Shown: positions 6,852-16,970, counted from the stretch's first letter. The stretch: DNA of 32,000 nucleotides from Ferroglobus placidus DSM 10642 (GCF_000025505.1 NC_013849.1:1470001-1502000), one strand, 5' to 3'. The notes: generated by a model from the sequence alone, not told the origin. Numbers and translations: made by a program.

Positions 6852-8281
6852 TCGCATTGCTTTTACCTTTGATAGCGGTAATAGTTGCCCCTTTCTTTAA
6901 GCCGAGGGAAGCTGCAGTATTATCGGCTGTAGCGTTTTTCGCGTCTTTCGTCGCTCTTATTATTGACGCCTTCACCGGAGCTTACTACAGAATTGACATC
7001 GTTCAGGCAGCTGAGCCAGTTGGAAACATCTACATGTTCGGAGATGCGGTAAGCCACGCTTTCGGATTTACGATAGCATTTGTCTCTGCGATGGTCGCTT
7101 TGTACTCCTATCCCTACATGGCTCACAGATTCGAGGAGATGGGGCTTGGAGAGGACGAGTTCAAAAAGTACTGGTTCCTCTACAACCTGTACGCTGCTTC
7201 CATGCTCTGGCTTGTTTATGCAGGCAACCTAATTCTCCTCTACGTTTTCCTCGAAATCTCCCTCGTTACTTCGTTCCTTCTGATATACTTGTACGGCTAC
7301 GGTAATAGACAGTGGGTCGCTTTGCTGTACTTCGTCTGGACCCACATAGCCGGAGCTTTGGCGTTAATAGGATTCCTGCTCATAGGCTTTGAAAACAAGA
7401 CTCTCGCGTTGGACAGCATAAAGACAGTCTCTTTCCTCGCTTGGCTCCTCGTGTTTTTGGGAATGATCGTAAAGTTGCCCGGATTTGGGGCTCACATCTG
7501 GCTTCCGTGGGCTCACGCTGAAGCCCCAACGCCGGTTTCAGCTTTACTGAGTCCCCTCACTGTTGGATTGGCTGCCTACGTCTTGCTCAGAATTTACTTC
7601 ATAGAGCCGTCGTTCATAATCGACCACAGAATCCCGATATTTGCCTACGGCGTCTTAACGAGCGTTTATGCTGGTTTAGCGGTCTTTAAGCAGGACGACT
7701 ACAAAAGGCTTCTCGCCTATTCTACCGTCTCTCAGATGGGTTACATACTCATAGCCTTCACCCTCGGAGCTGCCGGAATACTCGGAGTCGTCATTCAGTA
7801 CATTTCCCACGCTTTCGGAAAGTCCATATTGTTCATGACCGCCGGAGCTATCATAGCGACCTTCCACGGTTTGAGAGATCTTAAGAAGATGAGCGGAATG
7901 CACGAATTCGTTCCGACGATTTCTAATGCGGCTTTATTAGGCTTCATGAATTTGAGCGGAATTCTCACGATAGGTATGATCGGGGAGTTCTACATACTGA
8001 AAGGTTTAACAGATACCTTCGGATTGCCGAGTGCGATAAACAGCATTGCCATGGCGACGATGCTTTCTGTAGTGGTCGTCTTCATAATTTCCGGACTCTA
8101 CAGCTTCTACACGATGAAGAGAATCTACTACGGAACTCCGGCAGACTATTCAAAAGTTTCTGTTCACAGGATGTTAGACTCACATCTCTACATCATAGCA
8201 GCCTTATCAATCCTGTTGCTTCTTCCTCCGTTCGCTACTTGGTTTATAGACACTCTCGTAAAATTCTTGGGGGTGGCGTGA
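6848..8281 (+). CDS. fqoM: F420H2:quinone oxidoreductase subunit M (NuoM-like antiporter-type subunit)
   Basis: HIWLPWAHAEAPTPVSALLSPLTVGLAAYVLLR and DYKRLLAYSTVSQMGYILIA. Confidence 0.92.
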   Translation: MIALLLPLIAVIVAPFFKPREAAVLSAVAFFASFVALIIDAFTGAYYRIDIVQAAEPVGNIYMFGDAVSHAFGFTIAFVSAMVALYSYPYMAHRFEEMGLGEDEFKKYWFLYNLYAASMLWLVYAGNLILLYVFLEISLVTSFLLIYLYGYGNRQWVALLYFVWTHIAGALALIGFLLIGFENKTLALDSIKTVSFLAWLLVFLGMIVKLPGFGAHIWLPWAHAEAPTPVSALLSPLTVGLAAYVLLRIYFIEPSFIIDHRIPIFAYGVLTSVYAGLAVFKQDDYKRLLAYSTVSQMGYILIAFTLGAAGILGVVIQYISHAFGKSILFMTAGAIIATFHGLRDLKKMSGMHEFVPTISNAALLGFMNLSGILTIGMIGEFYILKGLTDTFGLPSAINSIAMATMLSVVVVFIISGLYSFYTMKRIYYGTPADYSKVSVHRMLDSHLYIIAALSILLLLPPFATWFIDTLVKFLGVA

Positions 8282-8282
8282 A

Positions 8283-10160
8283 ATGTGGCTATGGTTAGTC
8301 CTCTTGCTTTCACCAATAATCGCAAGCGTACCGATAGCGATAGCTTGGGAATTCAACAGAAACCTCGGAAGGAAGTTGCCCGTGATTTCAGTTGCTGGCT
8401 TATTCGTCTCATTCGTAATCACGCTCTACATCTTACTTTTCGTCGAAGAGGGAAGATTTTCTTATCCTTGGCTTCCCGGGATTGAAATAGCATTCATAGT
8501 CGATTACCTCAGCAAGTACATGGGTGTTTTAACGGGCTTCATAGCCTTCGTCATAGGAGTCTATGGACTCGAGTACATGAAAGACGACTACAGGCTCGGA
8601 TGGTACTGGTTCTTCTTCAACCTCTTCACGGCTTCGATGCTAATGGTCGTCTACAGCGACAACTTACTCTCTCTGCTCATAGGATGGGAGGGGCTTGGAA
8701 TAGCTTCTTGGGGATTAATTGGGCACTGGTTTAGAGACGACGACGAGCTGAGCTATGTAGGTGTGATTAACAGAAAGGTTGGATTTTTGAAGATGTTCTG
8801 GAGCCCGAGCACCGGAGGGTGGAGAGCTATATCGACGATAAGAATTGGAGACATGCCTATGTTTTTCGCTGTGGCAGCGATATTCGCTTTCGCCGGAACT
8901 CTCAACATTTCCCAGATAAACTGGGAGCTTTTGATTGAGAGAATTGGCAGCTTTGGTGTTGCCGTCCTTCTCTTAGCATTTTTAATGGGTCCCTTCACGA
9001 AATCGGCACAGCTCCCCTTCAGCGAGTGGTTGATGACAGCTATGACAGGTCCAACGACAGTTTCAGCTTTGCTACACTCTGCTACGATGGTTGCAGCGGG
9101 AACTTACCTCTTCATGAGGATAAGCTGGTACGTAGAACCTTGGAAGATTCACGATGCCGGAATAGAATTCGTTTACCTCCTCGTCCTCTTCTTAGGTTTG
9201 ATTTCCTCCCTCTACGGAGCTCTTGTTGCTTTGGCGAGTAGAGAGAGAAAGGTTTTGCTTGCAGCCTCGACGATGTCGAGCCTCGGACTCATGTTCGCTG
9301 CGGCAGCTGCAAGCAAGTGGATTGGAGAGTTCGCAATAGTCGTGGCTTTCTGGTACTTGATAACCCACGCCTTCGCTAAAGCTACGCTGTTCCTCGTTGC
9401 CGGACACTTGATCCACGAAACCCACGACAGGTTCCTCTGCGGAGACTTAGAAGTAGCGAAGAAGATGAAGCTGACTTTTGTCGTGACGATCATAGCAACC
9501 GTGATGCTCGCTGGAATTCCGCCATTAACGGCTTACTGGGTAAAGTCTGCTATGGACGAAGTCATGCATTCTCTGCATGAAGTGGGAGAAGCTCCGCTCT
9601 TCTTGCTGATAATAATCTCAGCAGTTTACTCAGCATTCTTAGCTAAATTCCTCAGCATGAACTTCGTTAAGGGAAGGCACGTGCATCTCCACTTGCACGG
9701 CGGAGGTTTGATGAAGACCGGCTACACGCTAATGGTTTCTATGCTCTTCTTACTTCTTGCTGTCATACTGCTCGGAATTGATGAGCACGTCGAAGAATTC
9801 GTTAAAGCTGGATTCCACGCAACTTCTTTCATGGTCGGTGTGCTCGTTACAGTAACTTACGCGATCGGTTTCGTCAAGCCGACTCTCGAAACAAAGATTG
9901 GACAAGTTCTCGCGGACAGATTCTATTTAATGGCTCTCAACGACTTCATAGTTCCCAAAATAGGTTGGGCTTTCGTTACGGCTGTGGATTACGGGAACAA
10001 AGCTATCGACTTCTTCGCCCACAGAGCAATTCCGGGATTGTTTGAGGTTGTTAGTAAAGGAATTAGAGCTCTTCAGACTGGTAGGCTTACCCACTACGTT
10101 CAGCTCGCCCTCGGAGCTTTAATGCTGTTGCTGATAGCGGTTTCCGTGGCGGGGTGGTAG
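8283..10160 (+). CDS. fqoL: F420H2:quinone oxidoreductase subunit L (NuoL-like)
   Basis: IGWEGLGIASWGLIGHWF and GPFTKSAQLPFSEWLMTAMTGPTTVSALLHSATMVAAGTYLFMR; 625 aa. Confidence 0.94.
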   Translation: MWLWLVLLLSPIIASVPIAIAWEFNRNLGRKLPVISVAGLFVSFVITLYILLFVEEGRFSYPWLPGIEIAFIVDYLSKYMGVLTGFIAFVIGVYGLEYMKDDYRLGWYWFFFNLFTASMLMVVYSDNLLSLLIGWEGLGIASWGLIGHWFRDDDELSYVGVINRKVGFLKMFWSPSTGGWRAISTIRIGDMPMFFAVAAIFAFAGTLNISQINWELLIERIGSFGVAVLLLAFLMGPFTKSAQLPFSEWLMTAMTGPTTVSALLHSATMVAAGTYLFMRISWYVEPWKIHDAGIEFVYLLVLFLGLISSLYGALVALASRERKVLLAASTMSSLGLMFAAAAASKWIGEFAIVVAFWYLITHAFAKATLFLVAGHLIHETHDRFLCGDLEVAKKMKLTFVVTIIATVMLAGIPPLTAYWVKSAMDEVMHSLHEVGEAPLFLLIIISAVYSAFLAKFLSMNFVKGRHVHLHLHGGGLMKTGYTLMVSMLFLLLAVILLGIDEHVEEFVKAGFHATSFMVGVLVTVTYAIGFVKPTLETKIGQVLADRFYLMALNDFIVPKIGWAFVTAVDYGNKAIDFFAHRAIPGLFEVVSKGIRALQTGRLTHYVQLALGALMLLLIAVSVAGW

Positions 10161-10161
10161 T

Positions 10162-11385
10162 ATGGAGCTCACGATACCTCTAATAATTTTAGCTCTCGGA
10201 GCTGCATTCGGGATAAGAAAGCCGGAGATAAGCTTGGTTACTGCTTTGGTAGCTTTAGCGTTGTCCATAGTCGTTGAAGAGGCGATACTCGTTTCGGCTA
10301 TGATCGCCTTCGTAGCGATATTGAACATAGCGGCGCTCGTGCTGATGAAGAAGAGCTATTTGAGGGGAGTTGACTACGCTTTAGTATCTCTAATGCTTAT
10401 CGCTACGATACTCGCTCTGTATTCAACGAGCTTTGCCATGTTGGTTTTAGCTTTCATCCTCGTAAGCACTCCTACCTATATGCTCGTCATGGCTTCGGAA
10501 AGCGGAGCTAAGGTGGATGTCGGTGTGAAGTACATAACTTTCATGGTCGTAGCTACGATACTCTTCATAATAGGAGCCGCTCTAACGATTTACGGAGGAA
10601 GCGTAAATTCTGAGAGCATTCAAACAATTGGTATTTGCTTGCTAATTCTCGGCATCGCGATGGAGGTCGGAGCGGCACCTCTCCACTACTGGGTTCCCGA
10701 CGTTTTCGACACAGCCGATCCCGTTCCGGCTTCGATTATAGCAAGCCTTGCGAAATTCGTTCCGTTCGTCATAGCTTTCAAGATACTGTTTACTGTGAAC
10801 ACAGAGAGAGCTCTGCTTTTCATAGGAGTTGTAGCTGCGATATCAATGTTTGCCGGAAACATAGGGGCTTTAACTTCTAACAAGCCCGCGAGAATCCTCG
10901 CTTATTCGACAGTTGCTAACATGGGCTACGTAATTGCAGCTCTCACAGTCTTTTACAAGCCGGAATTCGTTTACCTGGCTTTTGCCGGAGTCCTGCTTCA
11001 ACTCTTCGCCAACGCATTCGGAAAAATAGGATTTTTCACGGCTATAAGAGAAGAGGGGACGAACAGCGTGTTCTCTTACTTAATGGCTCTTTCCTTCATC
11101 GGACTTCCACCTCTCCTCGGCTTCTGGGGGAAGTTTTACATTCTCGCTGCTTTAATTTACGCTAACGTCATCTGGCTTGCAGTTCTTTTGGTCATAAATT
11201 CGGCGATGTCGGTGCCTTATTACATAAGGTTAGCAAACACTCTTTCAGGAAAACCGAACAAGGGGTTGGCACTGTGCATAATAGGGATTTCAGCGGTAGT
11301 AATGCTTCTCACAGTCGTTCCGCCTAACTGGCTTATAGACTCTTCGAAAGCTTTAGTTAGCTACTTCAAATTGGGAGGTGTCTGA
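10162..11385 (+). CDS. fqoN: F420H2:quinone oxidoreductase subunit N (NuoN-like)
   Basis: EVGAAPLHYWVPDVFDTADPVPASIIASLAKFVPF and ARILAYSTVANMGYVIAAL. Confidence 0.9.
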   Translation: MELTIPLIILALGAAFGIRKPEISLVTALVALALSIVVEEAILVSAMIAFVAILNIAALVLMKKSYLRGVDYALVSLMLIATILALYSTSFAMLVLAFILVSTPTYMLVMASESGAKVDVGVKYITFMVVATILFIIGAALTIYGGSVNSESIQTIGICLLILGIAMEVGAAPLHYWVPDVFDTADPVPASIIASLAKFVPFVIAFKILFTVNTERALLFIGVVAAISMFAGNIGALTSNKPARILAYSTVANMGYVIAALTVFYKPEFVYLAFAGVLLQLFANAFGKIGFFTAIREEGTNSVFSYLMALSFIGLPPLLGFWGKFYILAALIYANVIWLAVLLVINSAMSVPYYIRLANTLSGKPNKGLALCIIGISAVVMLLTVVPPNWLIDSSKALVSYFKLGGV

Positions 11386-11749
11386 AATGGAAGGAGCAAT
11401 TGTCGTAGCATTCGTCATAGTTCTCAGCTTAATTGTCGACGTTTCCATATATTTGCTTTCTAAAATTCTGCCGAAGAAGAAACCCACTCCTCTAAAGTAC
11501 GAGCGCTGGGAGTCCGGAAACATCTCTGTAGGTTTTCCAAAGTACACCTTGCCAATGCAGTATTACGGTTTCCTCATGCTTTTCATGGCTTTTGAACCGG
11601 TTGTCGTTCTCATGCTGCTATTCGCGATGTTCCCTGGAGTAACCTATCTCGAATTCCTGATCTTCGTGCTCGTGGTCATGCTTCCCGCATTTTACTTCGC
11701 TTATAAGATAGCGGACGAGGTTTCTCACAGGAGGGATGTGTATGGATGA
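11378..11749 (+). CDS. fqoA: F420H2:quinone oxidoreductase subunit A (NuoA-like)
   Basis: KYERWESGNISVGFPKYTLPMQYYGFLMLFMAFEPVVVLMLLFAM. Confidence 0.9.
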   Translation: MSEMEGAIVVAFVIVLSLIVDVSIYLLSKILPKKKPTPLKYERWESGNISVGFPKYTLPMQYYGFLMLFMAFEPVVVLMLLFAMFPGVTYLEFLIFVLVVMLPAFYFAYKIADEVSHRRDVYG

Positions 11750-12812
11750 GATGATCGAGTTCTTACATAAAGGTCCACTCGCACCCCTCAAAAAGTGGGG
11801 TACGAAATTCAGCATATGGCCAACTCACCTCGTTACAGCTTGCTGCGGTGTTGAATTGGCTCACGCGTTTGCAAGCGGTTATGATGGAGAAAGGTTGGGC
11901 GTTCTGAACTTCGGAATGGCGAGACAGACGAACTGCATAGTGGTTGAAGGTGCCATCACGAGAAAGATGGCGAGAGCTTTGAAAATAACTTACGAGCAAA
12001 TGCCGGATCCGAAATTCGTGATCGTGATGGGTGCCTGCGGTATTAAGGGAGGAATATTCTGGAACGGATACAACATGGTGAAGCCGTTCGAGGTTGTTCC
12101 AGTAAAGTATTTCGCACCGGGATGCCCTCCAACTCCTGAATCCTTGCTTAGGTGCTTCAGATCGTTGCAAAAGGAAATCGATACTGGAGAAGCGAAAAAC
12201 TCGATAGTTTATCCGGAAGTTAAGAAGGTTGAGGAAGGTAAGAAGAGAGCCAAAAGAGTCCCTCCGTCGCCGAAGTACGTGGCGAATAATCCGTCTGTTA
12301 TCGTCGACATGCCGAGGGAGGAAAAATGGGCGGAAGGAAAGGAAGTTGTAGCGAAACTTTCTGAAATTCTCGGAGAGCTTTGCGAAAAAATAAAGATAAC
12401 CGGGAAGAACAGAGTTGCTATTAGAATTAAAAAGGACAACTTCGTTGAAGCTGCAAAGAAAATGCTCGAAGCCGGATTTGACCACGTCAAATCAGTTAAT
12501 GTTGTTGACGTTCCTCACGAAAATAAATTTATCGTGGAGTACGTGACTTCGAGCTACCTAAATCCGGAATACAGATCAATTCTCGTCACGTTGATATCGG
12601 AAATAGAGAGAAGCGATCCGGTATTTCCGAGCTTAATCGAAGTCTGGCCATCCGCAGATTACCTCGAAAGGGAACTTCACGAGCTTTTCGGCGTTTGGTT
12701 CGAAGGCAATCCTTGGATGGGTAGGAAGTTCCTCTTAGCTCCCGACACCCCGGAAACTCCGCTCAGAAAGGATTTCAAGCTTCAGGAGGAAGTTTACGCT
12801 GGAGGTGAGTGA
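11742..12812 (+). CDS. fqoBC: F420H2:quinone oxidoreductase fused subunit BC (NuoB-NuoC)
   Basis: NuoB part: THLVTACCGVELAHAF...MGACGIKGGIFWNGYN...YFAPGCPPTPESLL. NuoC part: LSEIERSDPVFPSLIEVWPSADYLERELHELFGVWFEGNPWMGRKFLLAPDTPETPLRKDF. Track start is 11736; ATG 11742 is likelier relative to GAGG at 11731. Confidence 0.93.
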   Translation: MDEMIEFLHKGPLAPLKKWGTKFSIWPTHLVTACCGVELAHAFASGYDGERLGVLNFGMARQTNCIVVEGAITRKMARALKITYEQMPDPKFVIVMGACGIKGGIFWNGYNMVKPFEVVPVKYFAPGCPPTPESLLRCFRSLQKEIDTGEAKNSIVYPEVKKVEEGKKRAKRVPPSPKYVANNPSVIVDMPREEKWAEGKEVVAKLSEILGELCEKIKITGKNRVAIRIKKDNFVEAAKKMLEAGFDHVKSVNVVDVPHENKFIVEYVTSSYLNPEYRSILVTLISEIERSDPVFPSLIEVWPSADYLERELHELFGVWFEGNPWMGRKFLLAPDTPETPLRKDFKLQEEVYAGGE

Positions 12813-12813
12813 G

Positions 12814-14049
12814 ATGGAAGAGTACGCTCTCGACCTTGTTGTGGAACCTCCTAAAGAGTATCAATCTTACTTTGTTCCGGTCCCGAAGGAATTACTTGAA
12901 GACGCATACAAAAGCGATGATTTCGTCGTCTTTGTCGGACCGCAACACGGTGGAAGCGGACATATGAGACTTATAGTTAGAGTGAAGGGCGACTTCATCG
13001 TTGAGGTCATTCCCGATCCCGGCTATGTTCACAGATCCATGGAAAAGCTCGCGGAGACAAGGCTTTACATTCAAAACATTCCACTCTTCGAAAGACCTTC
13101 CATAATCGATTTCGGAAACTACAATCTCGGTTACGTGAGGGCGATAGAAGATGCGCTGGAAATTGAAGTTCCCGAGAGAGCGAAGTACATCAGAACTATT
13201 CTCGCTGAGCTCGGGAGAATCGGAACTCATCTCTACGATGCCGGAATTCTTGCCGTTTTCATCGGACACACGACCGGGTTTATGTGGCCTTTTGCGATGA
13301 GAGAATTCATAGTTGAAATTTTCACGAGAATTACCGGAACGAGGATAACCGGCTCTTTCATAGTGCCCGGCGGGGTCAGGAGAGACGTCGACGAGAAAAC
13401 TCTGAACATGATTAAGAGAATGCTGGAAGCTTTAGAATACAGGATAAAGAAGTTTGAAAAGGTGTTCATCAAGAACCCAACGACTATTGCGAGGCTGAGA
13501 GAAGTGGGCGTGCTTAGTAAGGAGGATGCGGTAAAATACGGAGTGGTGGGTCCTTTCCTCAGAGCGTCGGGAGTGGAATACGACGTTAGAAAAGTTGAAC
13601 CGTACGAAGCTTACGATGAGGTGGACTGGGAGATGGTCGTTGGTGATGACGGGGATGGATACACGAGACTCCTCGTGAGAGCGGAGGAAATATATCAGAG
13701 CATGAACATAGTGAGGCAGCTCGTCGACAACATTCCGGAAGGAGACGTTTTGAGCGACGACATTATAGCGTTTAACAAGAAAGACATCAGGGGTAGCTTT
13801 TTCGAAGCTTATTCGAACTTAGTTCTCCCGGAAGGAGAATACACGACAATAACTGAAGCTGCAAGAGGCACTTTGCTTTACACAATCGTGAGCGATGGAG
13901 AGTCAACGACTCCCTACAGAGTAAGATTTGTAACTCCGAGCTGGATGTACCTCAAAGGATTTATGGAAGCTTGCAAGGGACACAGACTTGCTGATCTGCA
14001 AGCCATTTACGGAAGCTTCGGGTATTTCCCTCCGGAAGCGGATAGGTGA
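12814..14049 (+). CDS. fqoD: F420H2:quinone oxidoreductase subunit D (NuoD-like, 49 kDa homologue)
   Basis: VGPQHGGSGHMRLIVRVKGDFIVEVIPDPGYVHRSMEKL, GHTTGFMWPFAMREFIVEIFTRITGTRITGSFIVPGG, and a C-terminal ADLQAIYGSFGYFPPEADR. Track start 12805 (GTG); ATG 12814 preferred. Confidence 0.94.
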   Translation: MEEYALDLVVEPPKEYQSYFVPVPKELLEDAYKSDDFVVFVGPQHGGSGHMRLIVRVKGDFIVEVIPDPGYVHRSMEKLAETRLYIQNIPLFERPSIIDFGNYNLGYVRAIEDALEIEVPERAKYIRTILAELGRIGTHLYDAGILAVFIGHTTGFMWPFAMREFIVEIFTRITGTRITGSFIVPGGVRRDVDEKTLNMIKRMLEALEYRIKKFEKVFIKNPTTIARLREVGVLSKEDAVKYGVVGPFLRASGVEYDVRKVEPYEAYDEVDWEMVVGDDGDGYTRLLVRAEEIYQSMNIVRQLVDNIPEGDVLSDDIIAFNKKDIRGSFFEAYSNLVLPEGEYTTITEAARGTLLYTIVSDGESTTPYRVRFVTPSWMYLKGFMEACKGHRLADLQAIYGSFGYFPPEADR

Positions 14050-14059
14050 GGTGTAGGTT

Positions 14060-15163
14060 ATGATGCCTGAGTTCGTGTCTTCGTTGCTTGAAAGGATTTT
14101 GAACGTCTTTACCTCGGAGATGATAAACATTCCAGCGATACAGCCGATCGTAGATAGGCTGATGGAAATTCCTTTAGTAAATTTAATTGTGGCGTTCCTT
14201 CTCTGGAAGCCGATATTTCACATAGTCTTCTTCCCGGGATTAGTGGGTATAATGCTCGTGCTTTTGTGGATCGTTTACTTCGAAAGAAAGCTCACCGCCA
14301 GAGTGCAGTGGAGAGTCGGTCCGAAAGAGGTTTCGAGAAGAACTGGAGGAATTCTCCAAACTCTTGCCGACGGTATGAGGTACTTCTTCCAGGAGGCAAT
14401 AGTTCACAGAGGCGCCGACAAGTTCTACTTCATGCAGTTCCCGCTCCTTTCTTTCTTGCCAGTTCTTCTTCCCATCCTCTTCATACCAGCCGGAGGGTCT
14501 TACGGCATTGACACGCCTTACGCAATTCCGATAGCGGTAGCTCTTATCTCCCTCATCCCGGTCTTCATAATGGGTATGGGATGGGCGTCCAACAACAAGT
14601 TCGCGTTCATCGGAACAGTGAGGGAAGCTTTCCTTTACGTGGCTTATGAGCTGCCATTTATTTTAGCTGTGGCTTCGATGCTTCTGATTTATCAGACGCC
14701 CAATCCCTTCGAAATCGTAGCGAAGCAAACTATTCCGGGGATTTTTCTGAATCCTATAGCTTTCTTGGTGTTCCTCATAACCACGCTAATAGCTACAGGC
14801 AGACTTCCCTTCGACATAGCGGAAGCTGATCAGGAAATCGCCTTTGGACCCTACGTTGAGTATTCCGGAATACTTTTCGGTCTCGTTATGACCGTGCCTT
14901 ACGAAAAGCTCTACATCCTCTCCATGCTGATGACTCTGCTCTTCTTCGGAGGGTGGAACGGACCTTACATAGCGCCACTCGGAGAGTTCTCCTACGTTCT
15001 CTGGTTCTACATCAAGACGTTCGTTATCGTAAGCGTAATAGCACTCGCAAGATCGATTTACGCAAGGTACAGACTCGATCAAACTTTAAGGCTCGGATGG
15101 AGCATTTTGTTTAGCCTCTCATTGATAAGTCTCTTAATTTCGGCGGGGTGGGCGGCATGGTGA
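14060..15163 (+). CDS. fqoH: F420H2:quinone oxidoreductase subunit H (NuoH-like)
   Basis: YFERKLTARVQWRVGPKEV...LADGMRYFFQEAIVHRGADK...LPFDIAEADQEIAFGPYVEYSGILFG. Confidence 0.94.
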   Translation: MMPEFVSSLLERILNVFTSEMINIPAIQPIVDRLMEIPLVNLIVAFLLWKPIFHIVFFPGLVGIMLVLLWIVYFERKLTARVQWRVGPKEVSRRTGGILQTLADGMRYFFQEAIVHRGADKFYFMQFPLLSFLPVLLPILFIPAGGSYGIDTPYAIPIAVALISLIPVFIMGMGWASNNKFAFIGTVREAFLYVAYELPFILAVASMLLIYQTPNPFEIVAKQTIPGIFLNPIAFLVFLITTLIATGRLPFDIAEADQEIAFGPYVEYSGILFGLVMTVPYEKLYILSMLMTLLFFGGWNGPYIAPLGEFSYVLWFYIKTFVIVSVIALARSIYARYRLDQTLRLGWSILFSLSLISLLISAGWAAW

Positions 15164-15900
15164 AGAGAGTTAAAGCTCCTGAAAAAAACCTCATAAGAAG
15201 TGCTATCGGACACTTAAGAGCCATTAGCGAAGTAACGAAGCAAGCGATAAAACCCGGGACGATAACGATAAGCTACCCTCACGAGAGGAGAAAGCTTCCG
15301 GATTACTTCAGAGGATTCATTCTTTTTGAAAAAGAGGAATGCATAAGCTGTTTCAGATGCGCACACATATGTCCGGCTAACGCTATTCAGATGTACGCCG
15401 ATCAGGAAGGTAGATACTATCCCGGAGTAGATTACGCGAAGTGCATCTTCTGTCACTTCTGCGTGGATTCCTGCCCGACGGCAGCCTTAAAACCGTCTAA
15501 GATTCACGACGTCGCGTTTAAAGACGTTGAGTCGATGATGATTACTCCGGAGCAAATGGAGCAAGTTCCCGAAATTGAAAGAGAAGATAAAGTTACTGTC
15601 GAGTACGATTTCGACGGAGATGTTAAGCTGATAAGAAGGAAGGAAGTTGAGGAGCTTACGGTTAAGTTCGATAAGCCTAAAAGACCGAGGTTCGTGGCTG
15701 CTCCGCTGAATGCTGAAAATTGCATCGGATGCAGACTTTGCATGTTTTCGTGCCCAGTAGATGCGATAAAGTCGAAAGTCGAAGAGGTTAAAGTTACCTT
15801 GGAGACCGACTACGAAAAATGCACAGGCTGCGGGATATGCGTGAGAATTTGCCCGACCGAAGTTCTCAAGCTTACTCCGGTTAAGGGAGGTGAGGTTTAA
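15157..15900 (+). CDS. fqoI: F420H2:quinone oxidoreductase subunit I (NuoI-like) with a C-terminal second 2x[4Fe-4S] domain
   Basis: Four ferredoxin motifs: CISCFRCAHICP, CIFCHFCVDSCP, CIGCRLCMFSCP, CTGCGICVRICP. Track start 15148 (GTG); ATG 15157 is an alternative. Confidence 0.9.
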   Translation: MVKRVKAPEKNLIRSAIGHLRAISEVTKQAIKPGTITISYPHERRKLPDYFRGFILFEKEECISCFRCAHICPANAIQMYADQEGRYYPGVDYAKCIFCHFCVDSCPTAALKPSKIHDVAFKDVESMMITPEQMEQVPEIEREDKVTVEYDFDGDVKLIRRKEVEELTVKFDKPKRPRFVAAPLNAENCIGCRLCMFSCPVDAIKSKVEEVKVTLETDYEKCTGCGICVRICPTEVLKLTPVKGGEV

Positions 15901-16970
15901 TGGCATTACCCAAAGAATGGGTTTCCATAGAAGTCAAGGAGCTTGAGGATCTTCCATGCCTAAGATATGCGGAAAAACCTGATAGAAGAAGTAGCTGGAG
16001 GTTACTCAAGGAAAGGGTCGTTGAGGCTGGAATATGCAGTCACTGCGGAACCTGCACGATCTGTCCCGTCGATTTAATAATCCTCGAAGACAGACCACTG
16101 GATTTCGATCCTAAAAAAGGGTGTATGGGATGTGGCGTTTGCGTTGCGGTTTGTCCGAGGTACAACTACTCCCCGCTTAGCGGAATCGGAGATTATATCG
16201 AAGCTGTTGCGGGAAAGTCGAAGAGGTTCGTCGGACAGGACGGAGCGATGGTGTCCGAGTTCATGGCAACCGCCCTCGAAATGAAGGAAATTGATGTGGC
16301 TTTGTTCGTTGCGAGAGACGAAATGTTTAGACCATACGTCGTGCATGTAAGAAGTGCTGAGGAGCTTTACGACACGAGAATTACCGGCACAAAGTACAGC
16401 TTCGCTCCAGTGATGCCGGAGCTTCACAGGATAATTAAGAGATTCGACAAAATTGGGTTTATAGGAACTCCCTGCATGATCTCTGGCTTAAGAAAGCTTC
16501 AGAAAAAAGTGCCCCTTTACGAAAAGAGAGTCAGGCTTGCCGTCGGTTTGTTTTGCACAGAGAATTTTTACTGGCACCAGCTTTACGACTTCCTGAAAAG
16601 CAGGGGTGCTGATTTAAAGAACGCTGTGAAAACCGACATAACCAAGGGTAACTTCATAGTCACATTTAAGGACGGCTCCGAGTTTGTTATACCCGTCAAA
16701 GAAATGGAACCTATCGTTCCGGAAGGTTGTCACGTCTGTCAGGATTTTTCGGCAGTTGAAGCCGATGTTAGCGTCGGAAGCGTAGGTAGCGATCCTGGAT
16801 TTTCTACAGTGCTGATAAGAAAGGAGAACGCTAAGAAAATATTCGACTACATGGTCGAAAAAGGATACGTAGAGACGGGAAAGGCGAAAATCAAAGTCGT
16901 TCAGAGACTGTGCGACTACAAGGTTAAGATACACCCCTACCCGCCGAAAGAGGAAAAGTCGCAAGAGTAA
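15900..16970 (+). CDS. fqoF: F420H2 dehydrogenase input subunit F (FqoF/FpoF, FrhB-like)
   Basis: CSHCGTCTICPVDLI, KKGCMGCGVCVAVCPRYNY, FIGTPCMISGLRKLQ, LAVGLFCTENFYWHQLYDFL, EGCHVCQDFSAVEADVSVGSVG. Confidence 0.93.
   Translation: MALPKEWVSIEVKELEDLPCLRYAEKPDRRSSWRLLKERVVEAGICSHCGTCTICPVDLIILEDRPLDFDPKKGCMGCGVCVAVCPRYNYSPLSGIGDYIEAVAGKSKRFVGQDGAMVSEFMATALEMKEIDVALFVARDEMFRPYVVHVRSAEELYDTRITGTKYSFAPVMPELHRIIKRFDKIGFIGTPCMISGLRKLQKKVPLYEKRVRLAVGLFCTENFYWHQLYDFLKSRGADLKNAVKTDITKGNFIVTFKDGSEFVIPVKEMEPIVPEGCHVCQDFSAVEADVSVGSVGSDPGFSTVLIRKENAKKIFDYMVEKGYVETGKAKIKVVQRLCDYKVKIHPYPPKEEKSQE

Noticed and set aside
8285-8485. ORF 8285-8485 overlapping the fqoL start
   Set aside because: An alternate frame within a clear NuoL-like gene, with biased Arg/Ser-rich composition.
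11763-12485. 240-aa minus-strand ORF antisense to fqoBC
   Set aside because: Long but lies entirely opposite a canonical NuoB-NuoC gene. The protein has no recognisable motifs; it is an antisense artefact of codon bias.
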